From: an uncultured Verrucomicrobiae bacterium | GTDB taxonomy: Bacteria; Verrucomicrobiota; Verrucomicrobiia; Chthoniobacterales; JAFAMB01 | Assembly (NCBI GenBank): GCA_963762565.1 | Contig: CAVXLD010000001.1 | Location: 960,001-1,024,000, forward strand | DNA length: 64,000 nucleotides | Direction: 5' to 3' | Shown: in pieces, positions 1 through 9,767 of the stretch | How positions within the stretch are numbered: the first letter of the stretch is position 1 | Layout of the letters: every line of letters begins with the position of its first letter | The notes under the pieces: model-generated | Database searches by the model: none | What the model was told of the DNA's origin: nothing | What the model saw: only the letters and a program-made list of their open reading frames with translations | Position numbers and translations under genes: made by a program

Positions 1-1077
1 CATCCAAACGAGAATTTCGCGCGTGAGCTCATGGAGTTGTTTACCTTGGGCGAAGGGAACTATACTGAGGCCGACGTCAAAGAATCTGCGCGCGCCTTCG
101 CTGGCTATCGCATCGATCGTTTCGAAGAATTCCGCTTCGCAAAAAATCAGTCTGATGGCGGCAGTAAAACCTTCCTGCAGCAAACCGGAAACTGGAATGG
201 CGATCAGATCATTGATATCGTCCTGCAACAGCCTGCCGCCGCTAAATTTATCAGCAGCAAGTTGTGGAAGTTCTTCGCGTATGAAGATCCTGACTCGCAG
301 CTCACCGACAGGTTAGCAGAACTATTTCGCAAGAACTATGAAATCCGCCCGTTGTTGGAGACGATCTTTTCGTCGGAAGAATTCTATAGCCAGCGGGCCC
401 GAGATGCGATCGTGAAAAGTCCCGTGCAATACGTTGTCGAATCCGGCCGTACACTTGGAGTTAACCTCCCAAGCGGCCGTACTCTATTCCTCGTTTACCA
501 GCAGTTGGCCCAAGTCCCCTTCTTCCCTCCAAACGTCAAAGGCTGGGACGGCGGCAAAACCTGGATTAACACGGCTACATTGACATTTCGGTACCGGTTG
601 GCACAACAATTGGTTCGCGGAATCAGAGTGGTGAGCGAGCCGCCGCTCGCGAAGGAGCCTCAGCCTTCGCCGTCAGCACTAGCCTCACCTTTAGCGCAAG
701 CTTCGCCTTCAGCGCAGGCTTCGGCTTCAGCGCTGGCTTCGGCTTCACCGCTGGCTTCGGCTTCACCGCTGGCTTCGGCCACAGCGCAACGCGCAAGCTT
801 GATGACCCAGAACGGTTCCGTCTCCGCAGACTACAGCGGGACAGGCGTGCGCCTGCCCGCACTTCCGGTCGACCAGTTAGTCACCGCCGAGGACAGAAAG
901 GATCCCGAAGCAACCGTACGGAAAATTTACGCTCGGGCTTTCCAAACCACACCGGATCCGGAGCTTTTCGACCGGATCTTAGCTGTGGCCAAACTCAAAG
1001 CGCTTCCTTTGACCGATGATGCGATCAGAGATCTGGTCGCGCTGATGATGATGACGCCCAACTATCAAGTGTGCTAG
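1..1077 (+). CDS. DUF1800 family protein (5' end outside window)
   Basis: Open frame from base 1: HPNENFARELMELFTLG, PPNVKGWDGG..WIN motifs; followed by a DUF1501 gene; paralog at 2730. Confidence 0.85.
   Translation, partial: HPNENFARELMELFTLGEGNYTEADVKESARAFAGYRIDRFEEFRFAKNQSDGGSKTFLQQTGNWNGDQIIDIVLQQPAAAKFISSKLWKFFAYEDPDSQLTDRLAELFRKNYEIRPLLETIFSSEEFYSQRARDAIVKSPVQYVVESGRTLGVNLPSGRTLFLVYQQLAQVPFFPPNVKGWDGGKTWINTATLTFRYRLAQQLVRGIRVVSEPPLAKEPQPSPSALASPLAQASPSAQASASALASASPLASASPLASATAQRASLMTQNGSVSADYSGTGVRLPALPVDQLVTAEDRKDPEATVRKIYARAFQTTPDPELFDRILAVAKLKALPLTDDAIRDLVALMMMTPNYQVC
682..780 (+). repeat. In-frame 18-bp tandem repeat (GCTTCGGCTTCACCGCTG, ~5.5 degenerate copies) encoding an ASASPL linker
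   Basis: Units begin at 682, 700, 718, 736, 754, 772. Confidence 0.9.
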
Positions 1078-1082
1078 CCAGT

Positions 1083-2390
1083 ATGTCACAAGAACCCGAT
1101 CTACTCACCAGACGTCACTTTCTGCGTACCTCGATCTTAGGGGCAGCATTAAGTTGGACTGTTCCCATCTTCGTTGAACGAACGTTTTCCCTCCTGAATG
1201 CCGAGGCAACAGAGACAGCCACGCAAATCGCAACAGGAAAAGATCATCCGATCTTGGTGGTGCTCCAACTTGCCGGCGGTAATGACGGCCTCAACGCATT
1301 GGTTCCTTTCGAGGACGATTTGTATTATCGGGCGCGCCCCACCATCAATATCCCGCGAGACCAGGTTTTGAGTCTCGACGGTTATGTTGGGTTTAACCCT
1401 CGCATGGCGCCGCTGAAAAACCTGTTTGATCAAGGCAAACTCGCCGTTATTCAAGGTGTGGGGTACCCGAATCCAAATCGATCACACTTTCGATCGACTG
1501 AGATCTGGCAGACCGCTTCTGATGCTGACAAATATGTGAAGACGGGATGGATCGGGCGCTACTTTGACAACTGTTGCGCCGGCCAAGATCCCACGGTGGG
1601 CGTTACGATAGGCAGTCAATTGCCGCAGACTTTCACCGCCGACAAGATCACCGGCATCGCGATGACTCCCGGTGGTAGGCTAGGTTTCGGGAAAGAGGCC
1701 GATGCTTTTGAGCAACAGGCCTTTAACGAACTCAATGGAATCACCCAAGATCACGACCTTACCAGTGGTGCATCGATTGGATCGATCACGGGCCCTAGCG
1801 AGTCAGCGCTCAGCACCATCGAATATCTGCAACGTACAGCGCTCGATGCCCAAGTCGGAACTGACAAAATTGCGGCGATCCTGAAACGGACTAAACCGGA
1901 AGCCGTCTACCCGAAAACGCCGTTAGGAAATGAGCTATCTCTTATTGCTCGGTTGATCAGCGGGGGATTACCGACCCGAGTTTACTACGCTAGCCAAGGG
2001 GGTTATGACACTCACAACGCCCAGGAGAATTCGCATAACAACCTTCTGGGGCAGTTAGCGGACGCCTTGGCAGCCTTCTCCAACGATCTAACCTCCAAGG
2101 GCATCTGGGGCCGGGTATTGGTCATGACCTTTAGCGAGTTCGGTCGCAGGGTAGCCGAAAACGCCAGCAAGGGAACCGATCACGGTACCGCCGCTCCTAT
2201 GTTTGTTTCCGGGGGCGCGGTTAAACCCGGTGTTTACGGGAACCATCCTTCGCTCAGTAACCTCGACCAGGGCGACCTGATCCATACCGTCGATTTCAGG
2301 TCTGTTTACTCGACAATCCTAAACCGTTGGATGAAAGCGCCTGCGTCGAAGATTCTGGGAAGGGACTTCACCGCGCTGCCTTTCGTGTAG
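1083..2390 (+). CDS. DUF1501 family protein with twin-arginine-like signal
   Basis: LTRRHFLR N-terminus; LAGGNDGLN, RSHFRS, GGYDTH, TFSEFGRR, GTDHG motifs; ATG at 1083. Confidence 0.88.
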   Translation: MSQEPDLLTRRHFLRTSILGAALSWTVPIFVERTFSLLNAEATETATQIATGKDHPILVVLQLAGGNDGLNALVPFEDDLYYRARPTINIPRDQVLSLDGYVGFNPRMAPLKNLFDQGKLAVIQGVGYPNPNRSHFRSTEIWQTASDADKYVKTGWIGRYFDNCCAGQDPTVGVTIGSQLPQTFTADKITGIAMTPGGRLGFGKEADAFEQQAFNELNGITQDHDLTSGASIGSITGPSESALSTIEYLQRTALDAQVGTDKIAAILKRTKPEAVYPKTPLGNELSLIARLISGGLPTRVYYASQGGYDTHNAQENSHNNLLGQLADALAAFSNDLTSKGIWGRVLVMTFSEFGRRVAENASKGTDHGTAAPMFVSGGAVKPGVYGNHPSLSNLDQGDLIHTVDFRSVYSTILNRWMKAPASKILGRDFTALPFV

Positions 2391-2410
2391 AAATAAGCGC
2401 CACCCAGCCC

Positions 2411-2677
2411 CTGGAGGGTAGCCGCTTTGCAGGTTGGCAACTCTGCAGGTTGGCAGCCACCGAAAGCATTCGGGGTAGACAGGCGGCTCCCGAGAATTAC
2501 CCAGCGTTATGCAATTGAATAAGCGTCATGGAAATCGCGTTGGAACCGAGGCGCTGGGCGAAGAGATCACGCTGGGTAATTTCCGGGAGCCGCCTGCTGT
2601 CTCATGGTTCAGACAGACACGCCTTGAGACTAATTTTGCGAGATCGTCCCGTACATGCCGAAGCGGCTCCCCTCCAG
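2411..2677. repeat. Four-arm REP-like doublet, family A, copy 1
   Basis: CTGGAGGGTAGCCGCTTTG (2411), CAGGCGGCTCCCGAGAATTACCCAGCG (2480), CGCTGGGTAATTTCCGGGAGCCGCCTG (2570), AAGCGGCTCCCCTCCAG (2661). Confidence 0.9.
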
Positions 2678-2729
2678 ACCAAGGCGCATCGAAAACGATA
2701 CCCGTAAAACGCAAACGGAGAACTGTTAA

Positions 2730-4397
2730 ATGATGCTAGCCCCACTGCCGCCTGATTATTGGAGCGCGGAGGCCGCTGCTCATCTTGCGCTGAGAGCAGG
2801 ATTCGGCCAAACGCCGGACGAATCAAAGAAATGGGCCGAACAAGGGCTGGAGGCCATGCTCAACCATCTCCTCCAGTCGCCCGCCGACAACGTGGCGCCA
2901 CCGGACTGGGCCTACCCCACTCGCGATGAAGACCTGTTGCAAAGGGTCCGCAATCCGGCGCTAACTCCGGAAGAAAAAGCGCAAGTCCAGCGCGACCTAA
3001 ACATCCGGAAAGCAGAGCACATGGCGGACTTAGTTAATTGGTGGACACTCCGCATGAGTCGTTCCCCTGCGCCTTTCGTCGAGAAGATGACGCTTTTTTG
3101 GCACGGTCATTTTGCTACCAGCGCCGAGAAAGTCTCTGCCTATCGGATGTGGCTGCAAAACGAAACGATCCGCCGCTACGCGCTCTCGAATTTCGGCACC
3201 CTGGTCAAAGCGATTTCATGTGATCCAGCTATGATCAATTGGCTGGATTTGGGCTCGAGCCAGAAAGAGCATCCGAACGAGAATTTTGCTCGCGAATTGA
3301 TGGAGTTATTTACTCTCGGGGAGGGACACTACACGGAGGATGATGTCAAAGCGGCTGCCCGCGCTTTTACCGGTTATCGGGTGGCCGGCCCGGCTGAACA
3401 GTTTCGTTTCGTGGCCGGCCAGTTTGATCAATCGGATAAGACTTTCCTCGGCAAAACCGGCCCCTGGCGGGGCGATCAGGTGATCGACCTCATTCTTTCC
3501 CAGCCCCAGTGTGCCAAGTTTATTGCTACCAAGATCTGGCGTTTCTTTGCCTACGACGATCCAGCCCCTCCCTTGATCGACGTTTTGGGCGGGCAGCTGC
3601 TGCGTTGCAAGTATGAGCTAAAACCATTCATGAAGATCGTGTTATCGAGCCAAGAATTTTTCAGCCCGCAAGCTCACAGCACAATCATTAAATCACCCGT
3701 CCAATTCCTAGTACAAGGCCAAAAGACGCTCGGACTCCCGCTGCCAACCGGGCAGCCATTGGTCTTTATCTATCGGCAATTAGGCCAGATTCCGTTTTAT
3801 CCGCCAAACGTTAAAGGCTGGGACGGCGGAAAGAGCTGGATAAATACCGCGACTCTGACTTACCGATACGAACTAGCGAGAGAACTTGTCTATGGAGTTC
3901 TGCCCGAACAGGTCGGCTTACCCAAAGGACCCGCGCCCAGTCCTACACCGAGTCCAACACCGGCCGTAACCAAACCTCTCGCTATGGAAGCATCGATGGA
4001 AGAGATGGCCGTTAAGGCGATGAATGCAGACCCGCAAAGTATGAGCCTCATCGCCGACCAAAACATCCCTGGCCCAGCTAAAGCCGTGGGAAATACGGGG
4101 ACGCCAGCGCCCCAAAAGAGACCGGAACCTCAAGTAGTGCCGCCTCCCGCGCCAACTCCTCTGGCTCGACTCACAGCTGGTTTGCCCATCGGCAAGTTCG
4201 TTTCCCCCGACGATCGCAAGGATCCACGGCGCGTGGTGGAGAAACTAAGTCTAGCGATTTTCCAAGCCACACCAGATACGGCTCTCTTAGAAAAGTTCGT
4301 CAACGTAGCAACGGCAAACCCAGTTCCATTTGATGACCACGCGATCCGGGAGTTGGCGACGCTGATGATGACCACGCCGATTTATCAGCTATGCTGA
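2730..4397 (+). CDS. DUF1800 family protein (second paralog)
   Basis: HLALRAGFG, EKMTLFWHGHFATS, PNENFARELMELFTLG motifs; Pro-rich insert near the C-terminus. Confidence 0.88.
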   Translation: MMLAPLPPDYWSAEAAAHLALRAGFGQTPDESKKWAEQGLEAMLNHLLQSPADNVAPPDWAYPTRDEDLLQRVRNPALTPEEKAQVQRDLNIRKAEHMADLVNWWTLRMSRSPAPFVEKMTLFWHGHFATSAEKVSAYRMWLQNETIRRYALSNFGTLVKAISCDPAMINWLDLGSSQKEHPNENFARELMELFTLGEGHYTEDDVKAAARAFTGYRVAGPAEQFRFVAGQFDQSDKTFLGKTGPWRGDQVIDLILSQPQCAKFIATKIWRFFAYDDPAPPLIDVLGGQLLRCKYELKPFMKIVLSSQEFFSPQAHSTIIKSPVQFLVQGQKTLGLPLPTGQPLVFIYRQLGQIPFYPPNVKGWDGGKSWINTATLTYRYELARELVYGVLPEQVGLPKGPAPSPTPSPTPAVTKPLAMEASMEEMAVKAMNADPQSMSLIADQNIPGPAKAVGNTGTPAPQKRPEPQVVPPPAPTPLARLTAGLPIGKFVSPDDRKDPRRVVEKLSLAIFQATPDTALLEKFVNVATANPVPFDDHAIRELATLMMTTPIYQLC

Positions 4398-4404
4398 GGG
4401 ATTC

Positions 4405-4544
4405 GGGGAGGGCGCGCGTCCCCGCGCGCCGCGAGCGGGTCTACGCCGTCCGCATAACCAAACGCCTCAATCCGGTCTGCCATGGGCTCCGCGAACCATC
4501 CGGCATCTGCCAGGCATCTGCCGGACGGGGACGCGATCCCTCCC
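4405..4544. repeat. REP-like doublet, family B
   Basis: GGGGAGGGCGCGCGTCCCCGCGCGCCG ... GGGGACGCGATCCCTCCC (right arm partial). Confidence 0.8.
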
Positions 4545-4602
4545 GAAGCGCCCTTGCAACAAATCCAGCTCCAGACCATGCTTTTGATCTTCAACCATAA
4601 GT

Positions 4603-5385
4603 GTGAAGATCCTCCTAACCGCAGATCTCCATTTTTATCGTCCCTGGTTTGACTGGTTGCGAAGCGAGGCGCCTTTCTTCGATCTGATTTGTATCGCCGG
4701 TGATTTCTTCGACATGGAACATCCAGCCGGTTTGCTCCCCCAGATGGTCTTCTTCTACGATTGGATAGCCAACCTGGCCCGGCAAAAGACTCCCATCGCT
4801 GTCTGCACTGGGAACCACGATCTGCCGCCCGGAAGTTTCTTAGTCCGACCCGGTGTTCCAATTGTGAGCAAGGATTTAGCTGTGATCGCTCACTATGCTA
4901 AAGCAACCCGTTGGATTCACGCATTGAAACTCGATCACCAGATCGCAGTCGACGGCGACCAAAAAATTGTCCGCGGCAAATCCGGCGAATCCTTAACAGT
5001 GGTCTGTTGTCCTTACCGGGCCGATGGAAGAGTCGACCCCTGGAAACCGGTTCCCGGAAAATCGATCGTCCTTCACCATGAGCCTCCCGGCAACAGTCAA
5101 TTGGCCATCCCTAAAGCGGGTAATCCCGAGCTGTCACTGATTGTGGAGAAACTCAATCCGACCTGGTGCGTAAGCGGTCACGTCCACTTCACACCAGGCG
5201 AACAAAACCAGTTCTTCGAACGTATCGGAAGCACCATTTGCTTTAATTGCCGGCAAAATGCGCCAAACGACATGCTACCTCCCCGCCCCAATACGATCGT
5301 TCTTGATAGCTCTACCGGAACCGCGGCCTGGCGTCGCTGGTTCTCGGCGACGTCGTACGACGAAACCATCGCCCGCCTAGACTAA
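4603..5385 (+). CDS. Calcineurin-like metallophosphoesterase
   Basis: ADLH, AGD, GNHD, HEPP, SGHVH motifs. Confidence 0.85.
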   Translation: MKILLTADLHFYRPWFDWLRSEAPFFDLICIAGDFFDMEHPAGLLPQMVFFYDWIANLARQKTPIAVCTGNHDLPPGSFLVRPGVPIVSKDLAVIAHYAKATRWIHALKLDHQIAVDGDQKIVRGKSGESLTVVCCPYRADGRVDPWKPVPGKSIVLHHEPPGNSQLAIPKAGNPELSLIVEKLNPTWCVSGHVHFTPGEQNQFFERIGSTICFNCRQNAPNDMLPPRPNTIVLDSSTGTAAWRRWFSATSYDETIARLD

Positions 5386-5432
5386 CTCCCGCTTTTTGGA
5401 ACGTTTGTTCCTAAAACCGGGAGATACCTTCA

Positions 5433-6236
5433 ATGCGCGCCCTTTTTATTGTCGTTCAATTCTGCTTTCTAACCCTGGGTATCGTACCATTTGCGACCGC
5501 CCAAACTCAGTTACTAGCTCAGGGAAAGTCGGGCACAGGCAAGATTTCCTGGGAGATCCGGCTAGATAATAACGACTACACGCTCTGGTTATGGCCGGAT
5601 GGCCACAAAGGTCAGGCCACTCAAGTGGGTTCGGCCGAGGACGCAATGCCAGTCGCGGCGACCTTCAACGGCGATGACACCTGGCTTGTGGTTACGCGTC
5701 ATCTTAGCAGCGGTCAATTGTTTTCGATCTACCGTAAAGACGCTGCTGGTTCCTATAGCGAACAAGGAGGCCAGGACGACGAGGATGAACCTGTACCAGG
5801 CTTCTTCAAAGTGGAAAAAACGGTGACCGGCAACGATATCGACCGCTGGTCGGTTAATTTCGACAAATGGGACCCTAGTTTTGGGTCTTCGGCGTTTGTT
5901 TTTTCCTGGACTGCCCGCTTGAACAAGGGTTCGGATGGCGATTTCCGGCGCTTTGTAGGATGGCAGGGAGTTTATGATCTGGAAAAGAGGGCAGTCGTTA
6001 AGACCCTGTCACCCGGCACAGTCTTCACTCAAACCGAGCTTTCGGAGAAGAGCCTGAACCAGGATTACCGCGAACTCAGGGGCATGCTTGACGCAACTGA
6101 TCAGCAGAAACTGCGACAGGAACAACTTGAATGGCTGAAAAAACGAGACGCGATCAAGACCTCGCAAGAAAAGCTCGAATTGACGATGGCTCGCGTCGAG
6201 GAATTCGAAGACAGAATAGCTAAGTTGAAGAAATAG
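5433..6236 (+). CDS. Exported protein with C-terminal LprI/DUF1311-like helical domain
   Basis: Signal peptide ending ATA-Q; C-terminal LNQDY...LRQEQLEWLKKRD pattern. Confidence 0.6.
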   Translation: MRALFIVVQFCFLTLGIVPFATAQTQLLAQGKSGTGKISWEIRLDNNDYTLWLWPDGHKGQATQVGSAEDAMPVAATFNGDDTWLVVTRHLSSGQLFSIYRKDAAGSYSEQGGQDDEDEPVPGFFKVEKTVTGNDIDRWSVNFDKWDPSFGSSAFVFSWTARLNKGSDGDFRRFVGWQGVYDLEKRAVVKTLSPGTVFTQTELSEKSLNQDYRELRGMLDATDQQKLRQEQLEWLKKRDAIKTSQEKLELTMARVEEFEDRIAKLKK

Positions 6237-6303
6237 CGGCCGCAGTGTTCTTTACAGAAGCAAAACGAAGTTACCCCAAGTTTTTCCTTTCTCCGTTACC
6301 TCG

Positions 6304-6843
6304 TTATCCGGCAGCTGAAATCTGCGGCTTTCTGCCTCGCTTTAGCGGAGCAAACCGCTGCGGCCCAAAATCGCGCACCGTACCTTCAAAACTTAGTAAA
6401 GCTTTCTTCAGATCTAGCCCGCCGCCATATCCGACCAACTGACCGTTGGCCCCTATTACCCGATGGCAAGGAACGATAATGGCAACCGGGTTCTGGCCGT
6501 TAGCCATGCCCACGGCCCGAGCGTGACTACCTACGCGGGCAGCTTCTTCTTTGTACGATATCGTCTCTCCGTACGGGATGCTTTGTAGCGCTTCCCAGGC
6601 TCTGACCTGAAATGGCGTCCCAATGAATCGAATAGGGATATCGAACTCCATTCTTTTTCCTTCGAAATATTCGTCGAGCTGTCGGACCACTCTCGGGAAT
6701 GGCTCCACTTTTTCTTGGCTTGGCGCGGACTCGGACTCGACGGGCTGACGATCCCACCAAAAGTGCAAGCCGATCAGATTGGTACCATCGGAAACCAATT
6801 TTAAGTCACCGACAGGACTATGATAAATGATGTGATAGTTCAT
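6304..6843 (-). CDS. ogt: Methylated-DNA--protein-cysteine methyltransferase
   Basis: GTPFQ, IPYGETISY, RAVG, active-site VPCHRV; ATG at 6843 overlaps the end of the alkA gene. Confidence 0.93.
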   Translation of the reverse strand: MNYHIIYHSPVGDLKLVSDGTNLIGLHFWWDRQPVESESAPSQEKVEPFPRVVRQLDEYFEGKRMEFDIPIRFIGTPFQVRAWEALQSIPYGETISYKEEAARVGSHARAVGMANGQNPVAIIVPCHRVIGANGQLVGYGGGLDLKKALLSFEGTVRDFGPQRFAPLKRGRKPQISAAG

Positions 6844-8263
6844 GTTGTTGCTCCAAAGAATTCCAAAGTTGCATGGCAGCATAAGCTCGCCATGGTCTCC
6901 ACTTTTCCGAAAGAGCGAGCGCTTCTGACGCCTTCTTCACCGCAAGCGCTTTCTGTAGGCCTAGATCCTGATGAGGAAAGGCGTCGGGCCAACCCAACAC
7001 TCTCATCGCGATATAGCCGGCTGTCCAAGGCCCGATCCCCGGCACCAGGGTCAGCTGTTTTACACTTTCTTCCCAAGAGATCACATGCAAGAAATTGATC
7101 TTCTCTTCTGCCACCGCTCGAGCCAGTCCTGCTAACGTTGTCGCCCGCGCTTCCGTCAAGCCGACTGTCCGCAATTCGGCAACCGGCACCGCCGCGATTT
7201 GGGCGGCGGTCGGCACCAGCAATTTTAACTCGGGAAACGGAGTATCGATTCGTTGGCCAAACCGCTCCACTATTCGCCCGGCAATGGTCGTCGCCGCCGG
7301 GACACTGATTTGTTGACCGAGCACCGCGCGCATGGCGATCTCGAAACCATCAAAAGCGCCTGGCACCCGAAGGCCTGGGTTCCCCAACGCTAACGATCCG
7401 AGCGCGGCAGTGATCGGATCGGGCGAAGCATCGAGATCGAATAAGCGTCGCAATCGAGCAATCAAAGGTAATAGAACGGAGAGCAGATCCGGAGCGACTT
7501 CCACCTTCAGAGAAAGGTTATTGGGATCATTTTCCACCGAGATCCATCCTGTCGAACGCCCGATCTGCACCGTTCGGAAATATTGAGTTCCGTTAACGAA
7601 CTCCGCTCCCCGATAAAATCGTCGGCGAAAATAACGAAGTATGCTGTCCCAACAAAATGGCGGTCGATAACTGAGGCGGAAGGTGCATTCCGAGCCGCTC
7701 GCGCCATTGCCAGAGTCTTTACGCAAGGCCGTTGGTGAAAGCCGATACCGTTCCTTAAATAAGCTATTGAATCGACGCAAACTTTTGAATCCGCTCGCTA
7801 ACGCAACCTCGTTCATGGTGAGCCTCGTATCGGTGAGCAACTGCTTTGCGAGAAGTAATCTCCGAGTCTGCATCAACTGAATAGGAGAAACACCGAGCTG
7901 TTTCTTCAAAATCCGCCGAAAGTGCCGATCAGAAAATTGGAATGTGTTTGCCAGTTCAGGTATCGATTGGTTGGCTTCTTCCATTCGATCGAGATAACGC
8001 AGAGCGGCCCCCACCACTCTCTGCTCTGAGTCAATGGGAGCATTGCCTGGAGCCAATTCAGGCCGACAACGCAAACAGGGACGATAACCGGCGACTTCTG
8101 CGGCCGCTGCCAAGCGGAAGAATTCGCAGTGCTCCTCATGCGGACGTCGCGACGGACAGATCGGACGGCAATAGATCTTCGTCGTTTTCACGCCAATGAA
8201 AAAGACGCCATCGAACCTCCGATCTCGAGCACTGAGCGCCTCATAGTACTGGTGCGAATTCAT
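6818..8263 (-). CDS. alkA: Ada Zn-binding/AraC HTH domain fused to AlkA 3-methyladenine DNA glycosylase
   Basis: IYCRPICPS and RPCLRCRP Ada motif, AraC HTH, VLGQQIS, GIGPWTA HhH, WRPWRAYA. Confidence 0.9.
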   Translation of the reverse strand: MNSHQYYEALSARDRRFDGVFFIGVKTTKIYCRPICPSRRPHEEHCEFFRLAAAAEVAGYRPCLRCRPELAPGNAPIDSEQRVVGAALRYLDRMEEANQSIPELANTFQFSDRHFRRILKKQLGVSPIQLMQTRRLLLAKQLLTDTRLTMNEVALASGFKSLRRFNSLFKERYRLSPTALRKDSGNGASGSECTFRLSYRPPFCWDSILRYFRRRFYRGAEFVNGTQYFRTVQIGRSTGWISVENDPNNLSLKVEVAPDLLSVLLPLIARLRRLFDLDASPDPITAALGSLALGNPGLRVPGAFDGFEIAMRAVLGQQISVPAATTIAGRIVERFGQRIDTPFPELKLLVPTAAQIAAVPVAELRTVGLTEARATTLAGLARAVAEEKINFLHVISWEESVKQLTLVPGIGPWTAGYIAMRVLGWPDAFPHQDLGLQKALAVKKASEALALSEKWRPWRAYAAMQLWNSLEQQHELSHHLS

Positions 8264-8338
8264 GGTGCGGTCAGTATCGGTCGCTTTTTGGCGACTGTCT
8301 CGCCGTTTTCGGACAGGTAGATTTTCGGGGGCTGGAGG

Positions 8339-8470
8339 GGGCGGTGGGCGCTGCAGGGCACGTCGGGCAGGGTACGGATGGGACTTATATGACCTATGGG
8401 ACCTATAGGTCGCCCGTCATATAAGTCCTATAGGTCATATAAGTCCTATCTGTGCGCCCGCCCACCGTCC
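8339..8470. repeat. Inverted 9-bp-periodic repeat doublet (GGGACTTAT/ATAAGTCCT family)
   Basis: GATGGGACTTATATGACCTATGGGACCTAT facing ATAAGTCCTATAGGTCATATAAGTCCTATC, with outer IR GGCGGTGGGCG/CGCCCACCGTC. Confidence 0.85.
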
Positions 8471-8471
8471 A

Positions 8472-9683
8472 TTACTTTGCGGAGGACTCGCCCAGGCCCG
8501 GCGTTCCCCCGGCGAAGCCAGTTAGTTCCAGATAGCCTTTCCCGTTCACCGACTGCTGATTTCGCGTTCCTTTAATCCGCACACAGCCTTCCCAATACCT
8601 GACCCCTACGTTCAGCTCTTGGTTCTCCACCGGGGTGTTGATTTCGGCATCGAATCCGAGCTTTTCTATCTTAAGATGCCACCCGATTGGATAAGTGGCT
8701 TGCTTGTCCGCCGTGGTCCAGAAGCGAGTCGGTTGCAGGACAAATTCTCCGTTGGCGATATCAACCGCATGCCCGTCGCGATCGATCCACTTGCCGCTGG
8801 AACAGGGATCGATGCCTCCATCGCGCATTCGAATCTGGTAAAGCATTAGATCAGAACCATCGTCCATCTGGATACCAAACCAGTTCCAGCCGACCTGATT
8901 TGCCGCCAATTGGTTCGTGCTCCACTCGCGATCGAACCACGAAAGCCCGGTGACTTGGAATTTCTGCCCAGCTATCACTACCGACCCATGCGTGCGCATG
9001 CGGGTAATCGAATAGTACTCGGATGCATGATCACCGCTGCTGGCCTTCCGGCTATAGCCATTTTCACCCTCAAACACAGGTGATCTTTCCGGCTCTAGAT
9101 CCAAATCAATGGCGCAGCCGTTATTCTCTGCTTTCGCCGCAAACCCTTGTCCAAGATCCAATTCCCAATCTCCAATCCAGGCCAGGCGTGACCCCGAAAG
9201 AAAGCCGGCGTCTCCGTAAGCTCCTCGACTAGTCCGTTCCGCAACATGAAAACTCTTCGCTCGTACGTCGGTGACAGTGAAGTGGGCGAACTTCACATCA
9301 TCCACAACAAATCGAGATTTCACGGGCGTTCGTTGCCTAGGAGATCGATAGCCGTACCTAAAGAAAGTCAGTTCGTAACCGAATTCCCTTCCATCCGCAG
9401 TTTGCAGGTTACCGGTCAGATACCACCATTCGGTTCGATAGTCGGGATGCGGGCCATGATCTTGCGGGAAACGAAATTGGTAACCCGGCTCCGCCAGCCG
9501 CCAGCCCTCCGGCGTTAACGCCGAGAACGCCGTCGGGTCGCCACTCGTGGAGCGCGCCTCGCTTGCGAGGCCGTGGTAAGCAGGGCTGTCGGTAGGAAGG
9601 GCCGATTGATCGCCTGCGCTCTGGTCTGTGAAAAGGCAGGAAGTCACGAGATAGAGCGCTGACCCATACAAGGTGTGCATCAT
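8472..9683 (-). CDS. AttH/CrtC-like lipocalin-fold secreted protein
   Basis: FPQDHGPHPDYRTEWWY, SWFDREWS, GWNWF, YWEG motifs; downstream of an ABC permease; start placed at MMHT (9683) because the longer ORF runs through a repeat arm. Confidence 0.8.
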   Translation of the reverse strand: MMHTLYGSALYLVTSCLFTDQSAGDQSALPTDSPAYHGLASEARSTSGDPTAFSALTPEGWRLAEPGYQFRFPQDHGPHPDYRTEWWYLTGNLQTADGREFGYELTFFRYGYRSPRQRTPVKSRFVVDDVKFAHFTVTDVRAKSFHVAERTSRGAYGDAGFLSGSRLAWIGDWELDLGQGFAAKAENNGCAIDLDLEPERSPVFEGENGYSRKASSGDHASEYYSITRMRTHGSVVIAGQKFQVTGLSWFDREWSTNQLAANQVGWNWFGIQMDDGSDLMLYQIRMRDGGIDPCSSGKWIDRDGHAVDIANGEFVLQPTRFWTTADKQATYPIGWHLKIEKLGFDAEINTPVENQELNVGVRYWEGCVRIKGTRNQQSVNGKGYLELTGFAGGTPGLGESSAK

Positions 9684-9729
9684 AACGTTCCCTTGCTTAC
9701 CACGGCCTCGCAAGCGAGCCGCGCTCCAC
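9546..9729. repeat. REP-like doublet, family C, copy 1
   Basis: CGTGGAGCGCGCCTCGCTTGCGAGGCCGTGGTAAGCAGGG facing CCTTGCTTACCACGGCCTCGCAAGCGAGCCGCGCTCCAC. Confidence 0.9.
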
Positions 9730-9767
9730 AACTCACCTTTCACCTTTCACCTCTCACGTCTGAAGTC

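Noticed and set aside
2509..2733. Short ORFs over family A elements (also near 28509, 36726, 44421, 55596) sharing GGEPL/KAAPL peptides
   Set aside because: Similarity is confined to the DNA arms and appears in different frames and strands, so it is a repeat artefact.
8264..8320. Ada box upstream of the Ada/AlkA gene
   Set aside because: Only a partial AAAGCG match; too weak to call without comparative data.
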